Assembly (NCBI GenBank): GCA_020057295.1
Contig: JAGVGF010000005.1
Coordinates: 60,357 to 124,356, forward strand
Length of the DNA stretch: 64,000 nucleotides
Source of the DNA: an archaeon
Lineage (GTDB): Archaea > Nanobdellota > Nanobdellia > Woesearchaeales > UBA9642
Direction: 5' to 3'
The notes under the pieces: generated by a model
Told to the model about the DNA's origin: nothing
The model's database searches: none
What the model saw: the letters and a program-made list of their open reading frames with translations, nothing else
Translations under genes and position numbers: made by a program
Shown here: positions 48,418 to 57,060 of the stretch, in pieces
How the letters are laid out: each line of letters starts with the position of its first letter
Position numbering within the stretch: position 1 is the first letter of the stretch

Positions 48418-49380
48418 TTATTTAAGATTTATTAGAACAAACTTAGCCAACAAACTTTCTAATTGTAGATACTCATCAGATCCTTCAACCATCCTAAATT
48501 CACATTCTCCACAATCTTTAACCATTTCAAGTTTTTTATTAGGATCTATCTTTAGAGCCCATATCTCTTTCTGTACTTGTTTTATCGTATCTAATCCAGA
48601 TAATCCGTAATTTAACATTGTATCGAGTAATTTTGATTTTGCTTTAGGAAAGTCTTGCTTGACGCATAATTCTAATATTTCTAGAACTTCTTTTGGTCTT
48701 GCAAATGCTGCAACTTCAAAGACTATTTCTTCTGTTATTTTAGCATTTAATACAGCACATGATTGCATTATATTCTCTAACTTTCTGCAATCTCCTTCTG
48801 AAACTTCTACCAACGCGTCTTTTGCTTTTTCATCTATTTTTAACTTCTCTCTGTCAGCAATTTTATCTATTATTTCAAATAAGTCTGCTTTTTCTAATGG
48901 TTTAAACCTAAATACTGCACATCTTGATTGAATTGGCTCAATAATTTTTGAAGAATAATTACAACTTAAAATAAATCTACATGTCTGTGTATAATTCTCC
49001 ATTGTTCTTCTTAATGCTTGCTGTGCCTCTCTTGTTAATGCATCACATTCATCTAAATAAATTATTTTGAATGGAACGTCTCCTATTGCTTTTGTTCTTG
49101 CAAATTCTTTTACTTTTACACGAACAACATCTATTCCTCTTTCATCTGAAGCGTTTAATTCTAAGAAATTTTCTCTCCACGAGTCTCCGTAGAGTTGTTT
49201 TACAGTAACTAAAGATAGAGTTGTCTTTCCAATGCCTGCAGGTCCTGCGAAAAGTACGTGAGGCATATTTTTATTTTCAACAAATGCCTTTATTCTTTTA
49301 ACGATTTCCTTCTGTCCTTTAACATCCTTAAAAGAATCTGGCCTGTATTTCTCTGTCCATAAAGAATACTCATCTAACAT
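48418..49380 (-). CDS. rfcS: replication factor C small subunit
   Basis: WTEKYRP, GPAGIGKTT, LELNASDERG, LDECD, AQQALRRTME, IQSRC. Confidence 0.96.
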   Translation of the reverse strand: MLDEYSLWTEKYRPDSFKDVKGQKEIVKRIKAFVENKNMPHVLFAGPAGIGKTTLSLVTVKQLYGDSWRENFLELNASDERGIDVVRVKVKEFARTKAIGDVPFKIIYLDECDALTREAQQALRRTMENYTQTCRFILSCNYSSKIIEPIQSRCAVFRFKPLEKADLFEIIDKIADREKLKIDEKAKDALVEVSEGDCRKLENIMQSCAVLNAKITEEIVFEVAAFARPKEVLEILELCVKQDFPKAKSKLLDTMLNYGLSGLDTIKQVQKEIWALKIDPNKKLEMVKDCGECEFRMVEGSDEYLQLESLLAKFVLINLK

Positions 49381-49449
49381 AATTATAGAATAGAAATACT
49401 GTTTAAAAAGGTTATTCTAAAAAATGATAGAAGATAAAACCGCTTTAAA

Positions 49450-50484
49450 TTATCTCTCAAATCCTCCATTAAGCCAATCATCATCGCCGCATACTCCGTC
49501 TTTACCATTCATAGAGGAGGCATTATATGTTGGAAAAGATTTAACGATGTTCCATCTTGAAATATCCCATGCAGGAGGAATAATTGCGACGATATTTCTA
49601 CAATAATCGTCGTTCATATCTATCTTGCCGTTGTTATTATCATCAATACCGTTATTGCAATTAAGCTCATTACCGCCACAAACAGTTCCATCTATTTTTG
49701 TCACACCAAGGCAAGAAGGATCTGCACAATCAACTAATCCGTCATTATCATTATCAACAACATCACTGCATACTGCAGAATTATCTTCTATAGTTACTCC
49801 GCAACAATAAATCGCATCTAAACGATCATTTCTTCCACCACCATTTTGTCCGCCACAAACAACGGGATGTGCTTCTGGACAGAACATGTGAAGCCAAGAA
49901 TTAGTTCCAACATAATATTGATCATATTTACCCACATAGTCAGAATAGTTTACAATAAATCCTTGAGTTTTACAACACGTCAACATGTCAATTCCATTAC
50001 CCCATCCTAAAAGAGCTATACCACAAACAGTAGAATTGCTTCCAAACACACCACCATTACAAAAAAATGATCCTCCAACAGTCGCACTATCAATAGTATA
50101 TGCACTAGTACGATTTACATAAACATTTGGTCCTCCGAGATTAGAACAACGTAAATAACGAGGAAGCCACGCATGATCATTACTATTCATTCCACCAATA
50201 GCAGCTTGACCATCATCACATTGGAAAATGGTTTCTCCTATTTCTTTAGTAAAATCTGGAACAGAGAACAGAGAAGCATTGTATTTTTTTATAACACAAG
50301 ATGCTGCATTCAAAACATTATCACACGTATAACCTGCATCACAAGGAAAAGAACCAACGAAGTCTACAGCACTATAGCAGCCTCCGCGATCATAACAGTT
50401 GTATGGGCAAGGACCAGTTAATGCTGTAACAAGCGCCATCGATAATAACATACCCGTTACTATAAGAATTAATAATTTTTTCAT
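49450..50484 (-). CDS. secreted Cys-rich protein A' ending in CGDDDWLNGGFER
   Basis: Signal peptide, Cys-rich lectin-like core and two CxDxxDNDxDGxxD-type repeats. Confidence 0.8.
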   Translation of the reverse strand: MKKLLILIVTGMLLSMALVTALTGPCPYNCYDRGGCYSAVDFVGSFPCDAGYTCDNVLNAASCVIKKYNASLFSVPDFTKEIGETIFQCDDGQAAIGGMNSNDHAWLPRYLRCSNLGGPNVYVNRTSAYTIDSATVGGSFFCNGGVFGSNSTVCGIALLGWGNGIDMLTCCKTQGFIVNYSDYVGKYDQYYVGTNSWLHMFCPEAHPVVCGGQNGGGRNDRLDAIYCCGVTIEDNSAVCSDVVDNDNDGLVDCADPSCLGVTKIDGTVCGGNELNCNNGIDDNNNGKIDMNDDYCRNIVAIIPPAWDISRWNIVKSFPTYNASSMNGKDGVCGDDDWLNGGFER

Positions 50485-50485
50485 A

Positions 50486-53400
50486 TTATTTCACTCTTAG
50501 AATATTTGTGAAGTATTGCCAAATACTTGTTGTCTTGTTTGTAATTATAGTTATATCTTGACCAGAATTACTTATATTAGTTTTCAATAGTCCTATTCCG
50601 ACTTCATTCGATACTGTTTTGTTTATATCATATTCATGTAACGGATTGGTGTTTGTATTTGTTCCTTGATAATTTATTAATACTGTTTTTAGTATTTGCC
50701 TTTCGTTTTCATCATACTTCATATCTTCTATTGCGCGTACTTCTAATCCTGTTCCGTTATTTAAGATATATATTTTGTCATAACTTGTCGTATAATTTAT
50801 GGCGTTGAATATTTTAGTATTGTATATAATATCTTTGGTTCCGAATATAGTTTGAAAGAAACCTTTAATTTTTTCATATACGAACGCAAATCCTGTTCCT
50901 GTATCTATAGATAATATTTTGTGGCTTGATATTATAATATAATTATATTTTTCATTATAATATATTCTGAAGTCAGTTCCTGAAGCGCAACGAGTATAAT
51001 TTGAATTAATATTCATACCTGTTGTGCTGCAATCTGCTAAAGAAGCTAATGAACCTGGAGAAATAGTTTGTTGCATAATTCCACTATAATCTGAAATTCT
51101 TCCATTAATGAAAGTTTTAACATCTTCTGATGATTGATCTTTTAACACTATTCCCGTCATTATTCTTGTGTCATTCGGACCATGTTTTGCTGTTAAAATA
51201 CATGCAGATAAAACATCGCTTGATGTCAAACCATATAATTTAACAGTGTCTGTGTCACAATATAGTGTGTAAGGCTTTCCTTCTGATAAATTTTGTAAAG
51301 CCACTGCAACAATATAAGATTTGGTTGTCCAATTTCCAGAATAACAATAATGATTTCCCGTATGTATTGTAAACGGAGAATCTGATATTATTTGCCCGTC
51401 ACGTATGCATCCTTTATTACTATCATAAGTAGAACTAACAAAACAATCTGTCTCTTTTGCACAATATCCTGAAGTCTTATAATTCCAATCATACTTTATA
51501 GAACTCAAAGTCCATGATGCATTACCATCTGAAGATTTTATACATCTATAACCAACAGTTTTATCTTGCAAACTAGTGTTTACATGTCCATAATATAATC
51601 CGTATTTTGTTGCATTCAATATTTGATTCCATATAGGAGAATAAGTAGCATTATTAGTCCATAAATCACTACTAACACAAGTTGTTCCATCCCAACAATA
51701 ATCAGCAGGACAGCAACCTGTTTGTGTTGAAAGAGATTCTGGGAATTCTGTCTTGTAAATGTTATCTATATTTGCTTGTGTTTCAGTTAAAGAGATATCA
51801 TCAAAGAATACACCGTTAGAAAGTAATGTGTTAGCTGGAGAACATCCATCAACAACTAATCGTAAATGTACTTTTTTAAAATATGGTTTTTCGCCATTAA
51901 CTCCTGCTGTTGCTTTTGAATTATAAGATATATTGAAAGTTGTAGAGACAGCTTGCCATGTTCCAGGATTGCTCTTGACAGGAGCTCCTAAACTAATATC
52001 TGTAAAACAAGCATCTTCATTCCAATTCAATGAGCTAGTACATTTTCCATCATTAAAATCTATATATGCATTACAATTTTCTCCGTTAATAATTTTTGCT
52101 GAAATAGTATAATTAGTATCTGCTTTTAAATCGAACTCTATGGATGTTACAGCGGAACCATCTTTAATATCTTTTAATGTTCCAGAAGTAAGACCCCATC
52201 CTTGCATACCATTCGAATTCCATCCATTAATATTTATTCCGCAGTCAAGAGAACAAGAAGCTGTTGTCTCTAAATAATCGCATATGTCGTCTCCACATCC
52301 ACGAACCATACAAGGTTTTGCTTCTAGACGTCCATAACAAGTAGAATTACCTATATCTGTTGCATTATCACACTGTTCACCAGTGCCTATGTAACCATCA
52401 CCGCAAACATTTAATTTACAAGATCTAGAATCAGTCTGACCAAAAAAACTAGAACCTGTACAAGTGCCATTTGGAGAAACGCCTGAATCACATTGCTCAC
52501 CAGAGCCCAGATAAGTGTCACCACAAGCATTTAATTTACAAGATCTAGAATCAGTCTGACCAAAAAAAGTACAAGAAGAACCACTAACAGTTACACCTTT
52601 ATCACATTGTTCAAGTACACCATCACTATTACTAATAAAAGAAGTATTCCAGTAATTATCTCCACAAATATTATTTTTACAAGATCCTGCGCCGAGTGTA
52701 TTACTAGTACATCTAGGACCTCCAAGTGGACCGCTATCACATTGTTCTAAAATCGTCGGATCCAATGATGAACCGGATGTGTGAATAACATAATCACCAC
52801 AACGCGTACATTCAGAGTCAGGATTAGAAAGCGAACTGTCGACATTTCCATCTAAATCATTATCTATGCCATCATTGCATGCAGAGAGAGTGTTCTCATG
52901 TGATACTGTTTCCTCTTGAATAATTTCCCATCCAGGGGACCAATAATTTCCTATAGCATGATATTTTTTTTGTGTGAAATGCATAGAACTAGATTCAAAA
53001 ACTCTTAGACCCGCAGTGCCTCCTGAAGTTAAGTTAACCCATAACGCGCAAGGAACTCGTGGCTCTAAAGCATCATTAGTTCCTATAGAATTACTCCAAC
53101 TATGCCATGCACCATCATAATATTGTTGATATATCTTGTAATCATTGCCAGAACCAAAAATATCTAAACGATTAACACCATTATTTGTAATTGTTAAACC
53201 AGAACTAAATTGTCCGTCTGATGCGTCCGTAATATGTACTGGACCACCCCATGTTGCTCCACCATCATTAGAATATAATTGAAAAGCTCTAAACGGAGGA
53301 GTTCCTAGAGCAACAACATCAATTCGATTGGTTCCCCAAGAAGTCGCTGAGGGTGCAGAAGAATAAACTCCACCACCAGAAACAGTGAGCCAATTATGTA

Positions 53401-54064
53401 CACCACCACCAGAAGCGGCTTGTGCAATTGCAAATTCATTATACCACATTGAACCACTATTATTTACTGCTAATAAAATTATATTATTACCACCAGAATA
53501 AACTGCAGCTATTCCTCCGGATTTAGCGTCTGCTCTTCCAGAAAAAGTCATAGAACCTGATGGACCATTACCAAGGTTGGTATTTGTCGATTTCCATGAC
53601 GACCAGTCATCAAAAATTCTGCTACTTAAAGGAGCATAACGATAATATACACGTGTTGATGTTGCAACAAATATAAATTTCTTATCAATAGTTGTCACAG
53701 CAGAAATTTGACTTAAAAGAGGAGTAGATAGTATATCAGGATTTCCTAAATCTTCAACTTTCCAAACCGAGCCAAGCATAGTGTGATCTCCTCGACCATC
53801 TGCACCAATCCATCCATCATCTAAAACCATTCTCAGAACGCGATATTCGGAAGAGCTAATATTTCTAACAAAATATACTTCTGTAGCACGTAGAGAAAAT
53901 GCAGGATAACCCAGACCAGTTACGGCATCGTCTGAAGAAGTGGAATACGTTTGTATAGCACTACATCCTAAAACTGAAGAACTCCAAGCAGGTATTGCAA
54001 CTCCGATAGGAAAAGACAACAACATAACAAATAGTAAAACAACAAACAATATGTTTTTCTTCAT
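50486..54064 (-). CDS. large secreted protein C: lectin-like beta-propeller, Cys-rich CGD/EQCD repeats, jelly-roll domain, Cys-rich tail
   Basis: Signal peptide. SAPSATSWGTNRIDVVALG and NRLDIFGSGND repeats. CGD..EQCD repeats. VFFDDISL. Confidence 0.8.
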   Translation of the reverse strand: MKKNILFVVLLFVMLLSFPIGVAIPAWSSSVLGCSAIQTYSTSSDDAVTGLGYPAFSLRATEVYFVRNISSSEYRVLRMVLDDGWIGADGRGDHTMLGSVWKVEDLGNPDILSTPLLSQISAVTTIDKKFIFVATSTRVYYRYAPLSSRIFDDWSSWKSTNTNLGNGPSGSMTFSGRADAKSGGIAAVYSGGNNIILLAVNNSGSMWYNEFAIAQAASGGGVHNWLTVSGGGVYSSAPSATSWGTNRIDVVALGTPPFRAFQLYSNDGGATWGGPVHITDASDGQFSSGLTITNNGVNRLDIFGSGNDYKIYQQYYDGAWHSWSNSIGTNDALEPRVPCALWVNLTSGGTAGLRVFESSSMHFTQKKYHAIGNYWSPGWEIIQEETVSHENTLSACNDGIDNDLDGNVDSSLSNPDSECTRCGDYVIHTSGSSLDPTILEQCDSGPLGGPRCTSNTLGAGSCKNNICGDNYWNTSFISNSDGVLEQCDKGVTVSGSSCTFFGQTDSRSCKLNACGDTYLGSGEQCDSGVSPNGTCTGSSFFGQTDSRSCKLNVCGDGYIGTGEQCDNATDIGNSTCYGRLEAKPCMVRGCGDDICDYLETTASCSLDCGININGWNSNGMQGWGLTSGTLKDIKDGSAVTSIEFDLKADTNYTISAKIINGENCNAYIDFNDGKCTSSLNWNEDACFTDISLGAPVKSNPGTWQAVSTTFNISYNSKATAGVNGEKPYFKKVHLRLVVDGCSPANTLLSNGVFFDDISLTETQANIDNIYKTEFPESLSTQTGCCPADYCWDGTTCVSSDLWTNNATYSPIWNQILNATKYGLYYGHVNTSLQDKTVGYRCIKSSDGNASWTLSSIKYDWNYKTSGYCAKETDCFVSSTYDSNKGCIRDGQIISDSPFTIHTGNHYCYSGNWTTKSYIVAVALQNLSEGKPYTLYCDTDTVKLYGLTSSDVLSACILTAKHGPNDTRIMTGIVLKDQSSEDVKTFINGRISDYSGIMQQTISPGSLASLADCSTTGMNINSNYTRCASGTDFRIYYNEKYNYIIISSHKILSIDTGTGFAFVYEKIKGFFQTIFGTKDIIYNTKIFNAINYTTSYDKIYILNNGTGLEVRAIEDMKYDENERQILKTVLINYQGTNTNTNPLHEYDINKTVSNEVGIGLLKTNISNSGQDITIITNKTTSIWQYFTNILRVK
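52408..52568. repeat. exact 41-bp direct repeat at 120-bp period inside protein C
   Basis: catttaatttacaagatctagaatcagtctgaccaaaaaaa at 52408-52448 and 52528-52568. Encodes FFGQTDSRSCKLN twice. Confidence 0.9.
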
Positions 54065-54315
54065 TTTCTTACCGTCCGATAAATTCCTTGTATTAAATCT
54101 GTTCCCGCATATCCTGCAAGTAATGCAATTCTATAATCTTCAATTGTTAGTAATGCACAAAACATTCCTATTAGGCCTGATATAATTATTGTAAACCAAA
54201 ATTTTGTACTATTAAATTTTTCTTTACCTGTAAAAACCTTATGTTTAAATAGACCAACTATTGCACGTACAATTCCACCAAAAATTCCGAATAAAGTTAA
54301 TAATAAGATTTCCAT
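54061..54315 (-). CDS. small 3-TM membrane protein
   Basis: GIFGGIVRAIVG...LAGYAGTDLI. Abuts gene B and overlaps gene C by ATGA. Confidence 0.75.
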   Translation of the reverse strand: MEILLLTLFGIFGGIVRAIVGLFKHKVFTGKEKFNSTKFWFTIIISGLIGMFCALLTIEDYRIALLAGYAGTDLIQGIYRTVRK

Positions 54316-57012
54316 TTAATTGAAACCTCCGTTCTTAACTAAGTTAGGACCGGGAGGAACTGTCTTAATAGTTATTACCGGATAATTTGTTTTTAATTTC
54401 TTCATTTCAACGCCACCAGTTGTGTTGAGTATTGTTACATACTCTCTCCATGCACCATTTGCACAATAATAATCATTCACAATAACACACTGTCTATTGA
54501 TTGATTTCTGAACAAGAGGTTTGAATTGATCTCCAACAGCAGAGTCATAGCTACTTCCTGAAAGTTTTCCATCGTAAGTTGTATTCAATAATTTAGTTTC
54601 GCTACCAGTGGGAATCTGACAACCGATAAATTCATTAGATAGATTATATAATACTCCACGATAATTATAAATTTCAAATAGATTTTTGTCATCTTTCTCA
54701 TCTATGTTTTTGCTCTTAGAAATAGACCATCCAGGCAAAACTATAGAACCGTTAAAGCATCCGTTGTCTGTATCATTATAAAATTCTCCATAATTTCCGC
54801 TTCTAGTATTATACCCGCAACATTGATGTCCTGTCCAAGTAAAAGAGGCATAAGAATTACATGTTTCTACATATTTTCCATAACCATTCATCCAAGCATC
54901 CGGAGCTGTAAAGAACAAACTACTGAAAGGATATAATGTTAGATTAGGAGATAATGAAGATATCCATGAACCAAATCCTCCAGTACAATAATAATTTTTA
55001 GAATTATACTGAAGATTTGCTTGTGTATCGGCGGCATCTGTAGAAACAGGATTTAGGAAAACGTTATCTAAAGCAACATAAGTATTTACTGTAGAAGTAA
55101 AAGATAATTTTGTAAATTTCTGCGATTTCTCAGAAGATCTTATGGGAATTATTGTGTGGTGCCATCGCTGTGAAGCATTTCCATTTTGAACATAATTCAA
55201 CAAACGTCCGTAATCAACGCCGTTGATAAACACATTATTTATAGTTGTATCACTGCTATACATAATATCAAACTCAATTGTTGCAAAGTGTGTCATGTAT
55301 AGTGGATTGTCTGTGGTTTCATCTGACCCTGCAGGGTACACCGTTAATAATCTTACCCAATCAATAATTTTTTTACTCGAAGAATCATATGCATCATATG
55401 TTAATACGGTATTAGGTGTGACTCCTGAAGAAGTTACACGAGATTTTCCGGCAGCAATAGAAAGTGCATCAAACACCGAGACAGTTCCTGTTGAGAAATC
55501 CTTATTAGAACATCCGAAGCCGTAGCAGCATTCACTAAATATGCTCTTTCCATCCTGCTTAAAACACATAAATGAATCGTTAGACACTTGATTAAATGCT
55601 GTAAAACTAAATAAGGAATTTCCAGTATCAGAAATTTTTCCTAAGCAACATTCTCCAGAAGCAGTTGTAAAATGTCCTGAATCACATTGTTGTCTTATAG
55701 AATCGTAAATGATTCCTGCAGAGCAGTCAAGAGGAACAGAAACACAATCAGTTGTGCCTGGCTCTCCAAAACAGCAATCTTCCGAGCCACTAGATGTTTT
55801 TAAAATAATTCCGTTCTTACATAATGGTTTTGCTGGATCGTTACAAAGTTTACCTCTATTACCTGTTTGTGCAGCGCAAGATTTTTGAGGATCGTAATAT
55901 GTTCTATTAATACATATCTGAGCATCCTTACAAAAACGCTTTTCAATAAATGAAGAACTACTTCCGAATTTATTATTTGAACAGACAGGATCTAATTGTG
56001 GAAATTTTGCTCTGAAAGAAGCATCTGCAAGATATTTTGCACATATATCATTAACAGGAACAGGACTTCCACTAATTAAAAAATTACATCTACAATTACT
56101 TATTCCTGAAGGATCATCTAAATTAATATTGTTTTTACAACAAGGAGCCGCTCCTCCATTAAGATTACAATCTACATAAGACTTAGATAAATCGGCAGGA
56201 TCTGGGAAAGGATCTATGTTATTAAATATTTCATAACAAGGTATGCTTGTTCTCTGATATTTCATATTAAAAGTGTTATATTCTAGAACAGCATTCGCGC
56301 CGGAACCATCAACACCCATGGCGTCGCAATAATACCAGTTTTCAGAATTTGAAATATGATCGGAAATTCCAAAAGGAGTATTCACAGGAATTATTTTGTA
56401 TGAGTTAATTCCTTTGACAGCAGAAAGCCAAGTATAATTTGTTTTATCAGAATTTTTAGGATTCCATATATTATAATCATAACATACATATTGTTTTGTA
56501 GTATCAACAAATCCGTAATCTTGCAATGCTGAAAAAGGATCATATACGTTTAATGAACTAACTTTTTCTATTCTCACATTATCAAAGATTGCAGAAATTG
56601 TTGGATCATTATTGTTTAAACTTATAGTTACTGATCCCTCGCTTGTGATATTAAAAAAACCTTTTAATAAAGTCCATGTACCGGTTCCATAAACCTCTAA
56701 CCATTTGTAACCGTTGTAATCGGCCTGTACTGTGTCTCCTGTAAGATATAAATAAGAATTAGAACTTCCATAAATCCATACGGAATACATATACCTTCCT
56801 ACTGGCAACGAGATAGTTTTAGTAGCAGCAGTTGATCCTGAAACCGCTCTAGTAATATTAGCTGCACACAAACCTGTTTTAGCAACAGAAGTATAAGTAC
56901 ACTTTCCAGCATTGTTACAAGTCCACTCTTTAACATCTCCCACAGGACATGCTGCATACGCAAAACTAATACTAAGAATGAATATAACTGTAAAAAGTAA
57001 ATATTTACCCAC
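54316..57012 (-). CDS. large secreted Cys-rich protein B, N-terminal jelly-roll, ending PNLVKNGGFN
   Basis: GTG start and signal peptide (SFAYA|A). YMYSVWI...WTLL...AIFDNVRIE. Confidence 0.8.
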   Translation of the reverse strand: MGKYLLFTVIFILSISFAYAACPVGDVKEWTCNNAGKCTYTSVAKTGLCAANITRAVSGSTAATKTISLPVGRYMYSVWIYGSSNSYLYLTGDTVQADYNGYKWLEVYGTGTWTLLKGFFNITSEGSVTISLNNNDPTISAIFDNVRIEKVSSLNVYDPFSALQDYGFVDTTKQYVCYDYNIWNPKNSDKTNYTWLSAVKGINSYKIIPVNTPFGISDHISNSENWYYCDAMGVDGSGANAVLEYNTFNMKYQRTSIPCYEIFNNIDPFPDPADLSKSYVDCNLNGGAAPCCKNNINLDDPSGISNCRCNFLISGSPVPVNDICAKYLADASFRAKFPQLDPVCSNNKFGSSSSFIEKRFCKDAQICINRTYYDPQKSCAAQTGNRGKLCNDPAKPLCKNGIILKTSSGSEDCCFGEPGTTDCVSVPLDCSAGIIYDSIRQQCDSGHFTTASGECCLGKISDTGNSLFSFTAFNQVSNDSFMCFKQDGKSIFSECCYGFGCSNKDFSTGTVSVFDALSIAAGKSRVTSSGVTPNTVLTYDAYDSSSKKIIDWVRLLTVYPAGSDETTDNPLYMTHFATIEFDIMYSSDTTINNVFINGVDYGRLLNYVQNGNASQRWHHTIIPIRSSEKSQKFTKLSFTSTVNTYVALDNVFLNPVSTDAADTQANLQYNSKNYYCTGGFGSWISSLSPNLTLYPFSSLFFTAPDAWMNGYGKYVETCNSYASFTWTGHQCCGYNTRSGNYGEFYNDTDNGCFNGSIVLPGWSISKSKNIDEKDDKNLFEIYNYRGVLYNLSNEFIGCQIPTGSETKLLNTTYDGKLSGSSYDSAVGDQFKPLVQKSINRQCVIVNDYYCANGAWREYVTILNTTGGVEMKKLKTNYPVITIKTVPPGPNLVKNGGFN

Positions 57013-57060
57013 CCATAACCACCATCTTTTGATTTAACGCGTTATTCATATTTATAAATC

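Noticed and set aside
54316-57012. Split-intein explanation for the fragmented adhesin
   Set aside because: No Hint motifs were seen (no TxxH block, no HN-C/S/T junction). The junction motifs look like CBM strands.
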